64,000 bases of DNA from the sequence record NC_110934.1; one strand, written 5' to 3'. Shown one piece after another: positions 17,480 through 25,767 of the stretch (its first letter is position 1; each line of letters starts with the position of its first letter). Under the pieces are notes generated by a model, which saw only the letters and a program-made list of their open reading frames with translations, ran no database searches and was not told the DNA's origin. A program made the position numbers and the translations under genes. This stretch comes from Klebsiella phage KPP2018.

Positions 17480-19140
17480 TCACGGGGCGCAACTATCAGG
17501 AAGTGCCCCCAATTCTCAAATGAGAATGATTCTCATTTGACCGCGCCCGCGATGGTTAGCCTGCTAATGGTTAGGGTGTTACGTGTCGCCTTGTGTGATC
17601 GTTAGCGTGCTAACTAATTTTCAAGCCTCCTTCAATTTTGCCCTTGTTTTAGTATCCCCAACAAAATTAAACGCGTTAGAATGCGTTTGAGAGCGTTTTA
17701 ACGCTATATTAGAATTATTCACTGCGTAGGAATACTGTATATTTATACAGTAGGATAAGCTGTGGATAAGTCTGTTGATAACGCTTCAAAACGGCTAGAA
17801 TTTTGTCAAGTCAAATCGTGCTGTTAGTAAGTCTGTGGATAACTTAAATAACAGTGTTTCTCACTTCCGTTCTTAAATGAGAATCATTATCATTTGCATT
17901 TCACTATCTAACTAATAATCATTCCGCTTTTTAAATGAGAATCATTCCGCTTTTTAAATGAGATTGATTCTCATTCCGCTTTTTAAATGCGAATTATTAT
18001 CATTCTCATTCCGCTTTTTAAATGAGAATGATTCTTATTATCATTCGTATTTAGCGCAGGGCAATTGCCCTGCGCTTTTGTGCAAATCCGACATTGCTCC
18101 ACGGGTGTTACGTGCGGGCGTGTATGTGCGAATCCGACAATCTTTGGTAGTGTGCAAATCCGACCCGAAAAATTTTTATAGTGTGCAAATCCGACAATGA
18201 ATTTTCCCAAAAACTCCAGCAATCTCGAACTGCGTTCGAATCCTGTGGGGTATGTGCAAATTCGACACGGTTTTTCTAGGATTAAGATGTGCAAATCCGA
18301 CAAGATTTTTGTGACTTCGATTGGAGGGTGTGTGATTGTGTGGGTTTGGGGAGAAGATGAGAGAGCGAGAGAAAATAAGGGAAGAAACTGGAGGAGCAGC
18401 ATGGGTGGCGTGTAACGCCTGATTTGCTGCGTTTTTGGGGAAGAGTTGAGAAGATTTGGGTTAATTGGGCTTGGGGCGAGATAAAGTAAAATTTTATTAG
18501 CAAAATGGGGCAAAATAGCTTGACAAGTGAAAATTCCTGTGGCTCAGGTGCTGCGTACTTTGATACATGGCAGTGGTTTAACCTTAGCAATAATGCTGCT
18601 ATTTTCAGGAGATTATATGTGCCTAAAAACTTAGGCATTTGTGCAAATCCGACCATAAATTTCTAGAAACACAATGTGCAAATCCGACAGTAATTTCTGG
18701 AAATGTGTTTTCAAAAAATGTCTCCTAGAAATAACCGCCCTCCCTATAACCGCCCTGTATTAAACCGCCTAGTATATGTTCCTAGAAACTTAGGAGAACC
18801 GCCCACTAGAAGCGTGATATCTCGTGGGTATTTCGTGAGAACTCTGGAGTTTCTAGGAAAGTGTATGTGATCCTAGAGATGGGGAGCGGCAACAGGTGTA
18901 TCATCTTGAACACAGATATTGCCTTTAAATATATTCGTATGTTTTAAAAGTAAATGATCCCCCATTTCATGTGAGATTCCTCGTGGGGCGCGTGAGTATT
19001 ACGGAAGAACTCTAATATTGGCCCGCGCTAAGACTAGCCGCTATAGCACAGACGCAAATAGAGTTGTAATAATCATCGCCCCTAGAGTTCACAATAAGAG
19101 TTATTGTTAATCTATGAGATTATTATAACATACATTTTTA
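17480..19140. repeat. Iteron-rich non-coding region (candidate replication origin or regulatory hub)
   Basis: Eight copies of TGTGCAAATCCGAC (six at 18078-18304, two at 18641-18690). A 22-bp perfect palindrome GCGCAGGGCAATTGCCCTGCGC at 18053-18074. Five copies of TTCCGCTTTTTAAATGAGAAT(C/G)ATT at 17860-18050. A 21-bp palindrome AAATGAGAATGATTCTCATTT at 17517-17537. DnaA boxes in minus orientation at 17760-17769 and 17835-17843. A LexA-type palindrome at 17735-17750. TCCTAGAAA and AACCGCC short repeats at 18660-18880. Confidence 0.8.
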
Positions 19141-19146
19141 ATAACG

Positions 19147-19902
19147 TCAAGAAGATTTTGCTAACGTTTTTGGATTCTTCCTGGCTTTGAGATATATCCC
19201 TTTAGATGCTAGGTAAATATATGTTGCTAGGAATGAAGATTCTGATCCCGATTCCTCATAGGTTAACGTACCTCTAGGGTATTTATTTGTTTTAGGAGCA
19301 TAGTTAAGCACAGCCGCAGTTAATGATCCTAATCCTAGAACATCCGCAAGACGTCTAAAGGTATTCTCTTCATCATGAATAGCATAAAGAATGTTATCTT
19401 CAATATCCGTTAATGGAATCTTACGGATATGAGATACTGCAATCCGTGCTATCATAGCTCCAATTGTTTTATTAATATCCTCGAAAGAAACACTCTCCAT
19501 ATATTTTAGAGGGGGAAGATGGTCATATTTACATTTCTTAGGCGGAATAAGAAGTTGTTCAGGGTAAGCCTCTAGTGCCTGACGAACGTTTGCTTCTGGA
19601 TATGTTGGCAAAGGTTCATCTATAATAACATGTAAAAAGTTAGCTCTATGCCCTTTAGCAGTTGGATCTAAAGACTTGAGTACTTTATTCATATCCACAT
19701 ATGAATATGCTAGGTCTGCTTGAGGAGCATTAATATCAAACTTAATCTTCTTGCCCTCCCATTTAGCAGGGAACATCTCACAAACAAACATTACTGCATG
19801 TTTGACGTCTGGCTCTAGCTCTGATAGACATTTGTGATCTGCTGTTACTGCTAAAGCGAGTATATTCTTAAATTTATTAGCTTCTTCAATCATATATCCC
19901 AT
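19147..19902 (-). CDS. Hypothetical protein (251 aa)
   Basis: ORF. An identical copy lies at 48611..49366. Confidence 0.6.
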   Translation of the reverse strand: MGYMIEEANKFKNILALAVTADHKCLSELEPDVKHAVMFVCEMFPAKWEGKKIKFDINAPQADLAYSYVDMNKVLKSLDPTAKGHRANFLHVIIDEPLPTYPEANVRQALEAYPEQLLIPPKKCKYDHLPPLKYMESVSFEDINKTIGAMIARIAVSHIRKIPLTDIEDNILYAIHDEENTFRRLADVLGLGSLTAAVLNYAPKTNKYPRGTLTYEESGSESSFLATYIYLASKGIYLKARKNPKTLAKSS

Positions 19903-20231
19903 GCCTGCTGACTAGTATCACTAACTTGTGTCTTTTTCTCTCTTCGTGGTTTAAAAGTTCCTGTAGTATTACTTTTACTAGGTTCTAATTTATACCACAG
20001 CATTCCTAGCTGGTTAACCATATGAGCAACATTTCTAGGGGTCAATGGAGGTAGGGATTCACAGTTTGATATCTCTATTAATATATTAAATAATTCTGTC
20101 TCTTTAGCCTTACTGTTTACTACCACCACGTATTCTAATGTCTCTACCTCAGAATCCTCGTCTTTATAGTAAAGGCTAAGAGTAATTAAATTTTCCCCAG
20201 CAGGAGTTATTTTTGTTTTACCAAATATCAT
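19890..20231 (-). CDS. Hypothetical protein (113 aa)
   Basis: ORF. Confidence 0.55.
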   Translation of the reverse strand: MIFGKTKITPAGENLITLSLYYKDEDSEVETLEYVVVVNSKAKETELFNILIEISNCESLPPLTPRNVAHMVNQLGMLWYKLEPSKSNTTGTFKPRREKKTQVSDTSQQAWDI

Positions 20232-20845
20232 TAATTACCTCTCTTATCTTCATTAAGCGCAGCTCCCAACGCCTCCATAATAGCATCTTCTAAACTTCCA
20301 TGTTTACTAGGATCATTAAAATGAATAGCATAAACAGAACTCCTAGAAACTCCAGCATCCGCAGGTGCTACGCTTCGCATATCAGATTCAAAAGCTTCTT
20401 GAGTATGCTTTAACTGTACAGAAGGGCCGTAATCTTCACCAAACTTGTATGACTGCGTACTACTTATCACACCCCCACAAGGAACATTGTGCATATCCGA
20501 CATTAATCTTTTATCGGAGTTATTCAGCATTGCGATTGGCCCTGACTGCCACGGATCTCGAATAGTTACTGGAGTACTGGGGCGGTTCACTTCAGCCTTC
20601 ACAAGTTTGTACCCTGCATCGATTAATGCGTTAATTAGATTATCAGCTGGGATGCGAGCCTTGCCAAAAATCTTACGAGCATCTTCGAGCTTATCCTCAA
20701 GATCTTTACATGCTCTAAGGTCAGTGTGTGCAAATGTTAGCTTCATAGATTTAAATTGTACAGTAGCAGTTAAATCTTTAAAGCTATAATCCCATGTGTT
20801 CAGTTCATGATCCGGTACTACTTGAATAGGTTGTTGTGCAAACAT
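20231..20845 (-). CDS. Hypothetical protein (204 aa)
   Basis: ORF. Confidence 0.6.
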   Translation of the reverse strand: MFAQQPIQVVPDHELNTWDYSFKDLTATVQFKSMKLTFAHTDLRACKDLEDKLEDARKIFGKARIPADNLINALIDAGYKLVKAEVNRPSTPVTIRDPWQSGPIAMLNNSDKRLMSDMHNVPCGGVISSTQSYKFGEDYGPSVQLKHTQEAFESDMRSVAPADAGVSRSSVYAIHFNDPSKHGSLEDAIMEALGAALNEDKRGN

Positions 20846-21030
20846 TATATATTCTCCAGTTTGTCTAACAGTTTATGAGCTGCGATGTTATATTGAAAGA
20901 GTTCATTATTGAGAATTTCATTCTCACAGGTTAACTCTAGATTCTTAGTATTGAGGCGACTGCAAATCAGTATCAGTCCCAGGATTATTAGGAGTGAGCC
21001 TCCTAGTAATACAAGAAGTAATGTTTCCAT
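20845..21030 (-). CDS. Small membrane protein (61 aa)
   Basis: Transmembrane helix. Confidence 0.45.
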   Translation of the reverse strand: METLLLVLLGGSLLIILGLILICSRLNTKNLELTCENEILNNELFQYNIAAHKLLDKLENI

Positions 21031-21263
21031 TATTTAATTCCCATGTAACGTTTGAGATATCCGATGAAGTCTTCCGCTGTATGCTCTACGCTACCTTGAG
21101 CTACGAATAGCTTGAGAGCTTCACGTTGTAGTTTGAGAGCAGCTAACTCACCCCGTAATTTTATCAGATCTTCTGCTAGTTCTCTAGCTCTACGCATAAT
21201 AACAAAAGATACAAGTACTACGATGAATAACATAACTACTAAAATAATTGCTATGATTTCCAT
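21030..21263 (-). CDS. Membrane-anchored coiled-coil protein (77 aa)
   Basis: N-terminal transmembrane helix and an amphipathic helix. Confidence 0.5.
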   Translation of the reverse strand: MEIIAIILVVMLFIVVLVSFVIMRRARELAEDLIKLRGELAALKLQREALKLFVAQGSVEHTAEDFIGYLKRYMGIK

Positions 21264-21541
21264 ATTAACATCCAGCTTTTATCACACATTTGGGCATGGT
21301 CTATCAGTTCATTCATTGATGTATTGTTATCATAAATGCACTCTAGTATATACCTTCTATCAAATTCGTCAACCAAATATTCTACGTTATTTATTACTAC
21401 TTTATACAGATCTGGGACTAGAGAGCATGTATTTGGTACGGGGCGACTGCTTAAGTCTATTTCGTTTTTACCCCATTCTGTTTTAAATAGTTTGTTACTA
21501 AGTGCTGCTAATGGGTTTGACCACACAATATAGCTACTCAC
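21251..21541 (-). CDS. Hypothetical protein (96 aa)
   Basis: ORF. Confidence 0.5.
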   Translation of the reverse strand: MSSYIVWSNPLAALSNKLFKTEWGKNEIDLSSRPVPNTCSLVPDLYKVVINNVEYLVDEFDRRYILECIYDNNTSMNELIDHAQMCDKSWMLIWKS

Positions 21542-21980
21542 TATTTATCTCCCTTCTTAACTTTGAAAACTTATTATACCAAACTATATGATTATCGTCA
21601 ATTACAAATTTATGATAACATGCTGGCACGGTATAAGTTCCATAATCCGTGACACGCTGCACAACCTTGTGTGCACACAGTCGACAACCATGCCCTTCTA
21701 AATGAGATCTAGCAGTTTGCCAGTAATACCCTTCATGATCTGGGCAATAGATCTCGACTTGCTGTTGCATTGTTTTATAATTTACACGCTCATACCCAAA
21801 GAAAGCTCCATGAACTGCAACAGCTTTCTTGATAAATATAAGGTTTAGTGCTTCTTGCTGAAAGTCGGGATGTAGCTGCTTAATCTTAGTTCTATTAATA
21901 GATCCATCCGATTTGATAAACCTATTTATTGGGAAGTTGTTAGCTTCCTCGATTAGTAATTCATTTACTTTTTCTCTCAT
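21534..21980 (-). CDS. Hypothetical Cys/His-rich protein (148 aa)
   Basis: Start moved to the ATG at 21980 (MREKVNELL) to remove a 100-nt overlap with the upstream gene. Contains several Cys/His motifs. Confidence 0.5.
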   Translation of the reverse strand: MREKVNELLIEEANNFPINRFIKSDGSINRTKIKQLHPDFQQEALNLIFIKKAVAVHGAFFGYERVNYKTMQQQVEIYCPDHEGYYWQTARSHLEGHGCRLCAHKVVQRVTDYGTYTVPACYHKFVIDDNHIVWYNKFSKLRREINSE

Positions 21981-21981
21981 A

Positions 21982-22206
21982 TTAGATATTCTCACACCTA
22001 AGGTAGAAACATTCGTAAGCATCACCAGTAAACTCTTTACCTTGTAGTATACATTTAGCCTGGTCTTCTGGTACTCCGGCATCTAATAATTGTTGTTTAC
22101 TTGGCTTTTCAGCGAATACCTTTACAAAATATTCACCATCCTGATTATACTCATTTATATCTCTAGTAAGGACATATACTTGCATTTGAAATTCCTTGAA
22201 ACACAA
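21982..22206 (-). CDS. Hypothetical protein (74 aa)
   Basis: ORF. Confidence 0.5.
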   Translation of the reverse strand: MCFKEFQMQVYVLTRDINEYNQDGEYFVKVFAEKPSKQQLLDAGVPEDQAKCILQGKEFTGDAYECFYLRCENI

Positions 22207-22239
22207 AAGGCCAGAACAATTAAGTCCTGGCCTCTAGAA

Positions 22240-22611
22240 TTAATGAAGTTGTTTACCACTTCTTAACATAGTGGCCGTTTCCATAAGATTTAACGTTGTA
22301 TCACGCTTTTTGATTTGTTTGTCGAGTTCATCGGTGCGTTTGCCAATGTAAGCGTTAATAGCCATATTCATAGCTGAGGCGAGATCTTCTTTGGTTATCT
22401 CTTCATCATCTAAGGCTAATTTAGCCAAAGAATCGAACGCAATAGAAAGTCCTATAAGATCTGAGGTTTCACTAGCTAAGATGGGATCAATATTATCTAT
22501 TGTTACTTCTAACATAGAGTTAACAATATCTTCTCCGTCTACTAGACCAGATTCAATATTACTCTCCCATTCCTTCATCTGCTCCAGCAATGGATTTTTC
22601 TTTTCTGTCAT
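22240..22611 (-). CDS. Hypothetical acidic protein (about 123 aa)
   Basis: Start chosen at 22611 (MTEKKNPL) because it has an AGGA RBS. The track start at 22677 overlaps the upstream gene. Confidence 0.45.
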   Translation of the reverse strand: MTEKKNPLLEQMKEWESNIESGLVDGEDIVNSMLEVTIDNIDPILASETSDLIGLSIAFDSLAKLALDDEEITKEDLASAMNMAINAYIGKRTDELDKQIKKRDTTLNLMETATMLRSGKQLH

Positions 22612-23020
22612 GGTAGAGATTTCCTGTGTCAGTTGGTAAGAAGGACGATTGAGCTTTAGGTGGATGTTGTTTAGCAATCCAGTTAAGAATCAGCACACGA
22701 CTAGGAACAATATCAGTGTTGTACCAGAAATCGTGAACCCATTGACGAGCATCCTCAAACTTACCAAATTTATATGCTTTCTTAAACAATTTAAACCCAA
22801 AACAATCTGGTGTAAAGTCTACTTCACGATACTGAACTACTTTAGAACCGGTTAGGTCTTGGATTGCTGCATTAATTTCTGTATGAGAGAATTTTGTTTC
22901 GTGAAACTTATTAAAGAATCGGTAGTTGAAGCGTCCGTTCGTTTCGACAAACAACTGGATAAAGAGATCGTTAAATTGATTATCAAACCAGTAATTCTGT
23001 AGTTGTTGTAGTGCTGTCAT
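22559..23020 (-). CDS. Hypothetical protein (153 aa)
   Basis: ORF. Confidence 0.55.
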   Translation of the reverse strand: MTALQQLQNYWFDNQFNDLFIQLFVETNGRFNYRFFNKFHETKFSHTEINAAIQDLTGSKVVQYREVDFTPDCFGFKLFKKAYKFGKFEDARQWVHDFWYNTDIVPSRVLILNWIAKQHPPKAQSSFLPTDTGNLYHDRKEKSIAGADEGMGE

Positions 23021-23217
23021 TTACGAACTCCGTTAATTGCCACGATGATGCCTTCGTACATAAAAGGAAGTAGTTCAGAAGTGTAGAAGATATTTTCCGT
23101 TATTCCTAGATGTCGAAAAAGTATATTAAATAATGCTGTTAGAAATACAATCTGAGGCAGTAATACAAAATACTCAGTTACAATCTTTGGTGCCTGATAA
23201 ACAAGACGTTTTATCAT
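23017..23217 (-). CDS. Small membrane protein (66 aa)
   Basis: ORF. Confidence 0.4.
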   Translation of the reverse strand: MIKRLVYQAPKIVTEYFVLLPQIVFLTALFNILFRHLGITENIFYTSELLPFMYEGIIVAINGVRK

Positions 23218-23316
23218 TGTTTTTAAGTCTCCTTATTACTTTGGCCTGCTCCACAATAATAAAAACTGCAAGCACTAATAGTGCTATTAGCCCCGCAGTA
23301 ATTGGTACTAAATCAA

Positions 23317-23643
23317 TCATGGGAGACGCCATACGTAATTAGCTGTCTGTAGGATCTTAGGTGTGTCATTATGATACATTACTACAGACTTTGGTGAATA
23401 ACTATCAGCTAGTTCTTTACGAATCATCTTACATTCTTCACCAGTATCGATATTTTTAACTATCACTTTCATATTAAGAGGTGTTAATACAGAAAGTGGT
23501 TTCCAAGAGTCCTCAATTTCAATTCCTACCTTTTTCTCGATTAACATGAGAACTTCTAGTGTATCATCTGGAATACTAATATTATTATTCACAAACTGTA
23601 ATATCTCATGTAAGGTATTTAATTCATTAAAATTAAGCTTCAT
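23317..23643 (-). CDS. Hypothetical protein (108 aa)
   Basis: ORF. Confidence 0.5.
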   Translation of the reverse strand: MKLNFNELNTLHEILQFVNNNISIPDDTLEVLMLIEKKVGIEIEDSWKPLSVLTPLNMKVIVKNIDTGEECKMIRKELADSYSPKSVVMYHNDTPKILQTANYVWRLP

Positions 23644-23878
23644 CTTTAAGAATATCCTCTACCATATCACAAGACTGTTGCAATTCATCAGCAATACGTT
23701 TAATATCGGTTTTTGTTACTTTACCAACTAACATCACCAGTAACATAGAAAAGATAATAAGTGGAACTGGAATAACAAATAAAGCTACTTTAGCTACATT
23801 CTTTGGTGCCCATGTGTGGTATTTAGTAACCAGTACACCAACCACAATTAGATAAAACGCTAGAATAAACATCATCAT
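23633..23878 (-). CDS. Membrane protein (81 aa)
   Basis: Two transmembrane segments. Confidence 0.5.
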   Translation of the reverse strand: MMMFILAFYLIVVGVLVTKYHTWAPKNVAKVALFVIPVPLIIFSMLLVMLVGKVTKTDIKRIADELQQSCDMVEDILKDEA

Positions 23879-24156
23879 TTTTTAATCTCCGTAATTATCT
23901 GTGCGCGCATTACTTTATTAGGTAATTTTGTATTCCCAGCTATTGCTTCAATATTGTTTAGTTTTTCTTTTAGAATATCTGAGCGTCTTTGTGCTAGTTC
24001 AATATCTTGTTCTTGTTCTATTAAGCGGCAGTGAAGTCCACTATTAGTAGTAAGCATACTCTCCATATTTTTTCGCATGCTTACAATACCAATAATCCCA
24101 CCAATCGCTGCTAGTGTCATAAGAACTAGTAGTCCAATGAGAATTTCAGTTAACAT
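23875..24156 (-). CDS. Membrane-anchored coiled-coil protein (93 aa)
   Basis: Transmembrane helix and a heptad region. Confidence 0.5.
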   Translation of the reverse strand: MLTEILIGLLVLMTLAAIGGIIGIVSMRKNMESMLTTNSGLHCRLIEQEQDIELAQRRSDILKEKLNNIEAIAGNTKLPNKVMRAQIITEIKK

Positions 24157-24316
24157 TAAATACTCCTACATTTTTCGTTATCTGGGACTAATTTACACAT
24201 TTCTACTTTCAGTTCTTTTGCTGAGTTTTCTAGTTTAGAAACTTTATTGTGAATAAGTCCCAAAAATATCGCTTGGAAAACTACCATTATTGCTACTAAT
24301 GCTAGTTTATTCTCCA

Positions 24317-24586
24317 TTATTTCTTACCTTTCAGTTGCTTAACTTCACGCTCAAAAGATGCTGCACGACGTTCAGCAGTTGCCTGGTGCTCTTTCGCAAA
24401 ACGAGCTTCCTGTTTTGCGAGGTTGAATGCCATAGCATTCTTATTCAGAGAATCATACATCTTTTTCATTGCCGGAATAGACATCTTCATGAGCTGACCC
24501 TCAAAACCCTGCATGTCGAGGAGAATTGCCAGAACGTTAGCCATTTCGTTTTTAGTCATGTTTTCCATTAGAATTTCCTCTCTCAT
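24317..24586 (-). CDS. Hypothetical coiled-coil protein (89 aa)
   Basis: Consensus promoter cassette immediately upstream. Confidence 0.55.
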   Translation of the reverse strand: MREEILMENMTKNEMANVLAILLDMQGFEGQLMKMSIPAMKKMYDSLNKNAMAFNLAKQEARFAKEHQATAERRAASFEREVKQLKGKK

Positions 24587-24600
24587 TAATTTATGAACTT

Positions 24601-24629
24601 ATTATACAGAATTTTAAGGCTTAAAGCAA
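24601..24629 (-). promoter_or_regulatory. T5-early-type sigma70 promoter (TTGCTT-17-TATAAT) with a conserved leader and RBS
   Basis: Reverse complement reads TTGCTT, a 17-nt spacer, TATAAT, then ATAAATTAATGAGAGAGG ATG. Confidence 0.7.
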
Positions 24630-24646
24630 CTGAATTTTTTAATTAC

Positions 24647-25078
24647 TTACCAATCGTTAACAACGCCGGAGAACTCAGAAGCAAAAACTTTTTCAAATTT
24701 CTCTGCAATTTCAGGATGATCTTTGCAGATCAGCTCAATACAGGCTTCTGGAGTCATTCCTTCATCTTCAGGATCACCATAGTATTTATCCCAAAGATCA
24801 TCAGGAATGATATGCTCCGCCAAATCTTGGAAAGAGATTAACTGATAACGTTCTGCCTCCTCAGCGATAAGAATTTCGCACAGATCTTTATCTATATCGC
24901 TACGATAATCAGCAATTAATAGGGCATTGCAAGCATGACATTCCCAGACCATCAAACGTTCAGAGATAGGATTAGACTTATCTTGAACGTAAGACTGGAA
25001 CAAGGTTCGGAAAGTTGCCTTAACTTGTTCAAACTTATCTGCTGCTGCGAAAACTAGAGCTTTATCAACTTTGTTCAT
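24647..25078 (-). CDS. Hypothetical acidic protein (143 aa)
   Basis: Consensus promoter at 25109-25137. Confidence 0.55.
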   Translation of the reverse strand: MNKVDKALVFAAADKFEQVKATFRTLFQSYVQDKSNPISERLMVWECHACNALLIADYRSDIDKDLCEILIAEEAERYQLISFQDLAEHIIPDDLWDKYYGDPEDEGMTPEACIELICKDHPEIAEKFEKVFASEFSGVVNDW

Positions 25079-25108
25079 TTTGATTCCTTCTCATCAATTT
25101 ATAAAGTA

Positions 25109-25137
25109 ATTATATAGAAACTTAAGCATTTTAGCAA
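25109..25137 (-). promoter_or_regulatory. T5-early-type promoter (TTGCTA-17-TATAAT)
   Basis: Motif and spacing checked. Confidence 0.65.
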
Positions 25138-25245
25138 ATAAAACTTTTAATTAAAATGCCTAATCCTATGCCAATAGCAATACAAATGATTATAAGTATT
25201 GCTATCGCTTGTATGATTCGTTTAATAATAGCCTCAGCTATATAT

Positions 25246-25767
25246 TCAGACATTTAACATCCAGCTAGTTTTATCATGTGAGGTATACTTACCACTCATG
25301 ATGTCTTCCAGACGTACTGGTGATTTTGCATACTCGACACAAACGTTAATATAACGGGGATCCCCCATTAGCTCAAAGTGAGTATGCCCATGTAAGTTCT
25401 TCTTACCTCTCAGCTCCCCATGGTGTATTGGAGCATGGGAAAGCCAGAAGTTTTTATACTTAACTAGTGATTGTACATTATCTACAATCCCTATTAAGTC
25501 TTTGAAAGATAATCCTTCTCGTTCTAAGTCGTGGTTTCCCAAAACTAACGTAGTTCTAACATTGCCAAAGAGTTTTTCGAACTTCTCCAAACCATTTCTA
25601 GATACAAATGCGTCTCCTAAAATATAGAATACTGTACGCTTATCTTTCACGGATGTAATAGTATCCATAATAAATTCGTCATGCTCTTCCATAGTAGAGA
25701 AGATTGGTCTGAATTTAGTAATATTTGCATGCCCCAAGTGGAGGTCACTCCAAAAGCGAACTTTCAT
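25246..25767 (-). CDS. Metallophosphoesterase (calcineurin-like), 173 aa
   Basis: Motifs D-X-H, GDAF(V)SRNG and GNHD. Confidence 0.7.
   Translation of the reverse strand: MKVRFWSDLHLGHANITKFRPIFSTMEEHDEFIMDTITSVKDKRTVFYILGDAFVSRNGLEKFEKLFGNVRTTLVLGNHDLEREGLSFKDLIGIVDNVQSLVKYKNFWLSHAPIHHGELRGKKNLHGHTHFELMGDPRYINVCVEYAKSPVRLEDIMSGKYTSHDKTSWMLNV

Noticed and set aside
17958-18656. Track ORFs on both strands (80, 176, 72 and 124 aa) in the iteron region
   Set aside because: Translations are dominated by the repeats (PQTHTITHP..., HSHLKSG...). No RBS is present, and the overlapping both-strand ORFs are typical of non-coding repeat DNA.
18078-18690. Possible CRISPR array
   Set aside because: The 14-bp repeats have irregular spacing (25-350 bp), no uniform spacers, no leader or cas genes, and sit in a phage genome. 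They are better explained as iterons.
22240-22677. Track start codons giving 100-120-nt gene overlaps (also 21534..22082 and 26883..27317)
   Set aside because: Internal ATGs with RBSs remove the overlaps. The long overlaps are probably ORF-caller over-extension.
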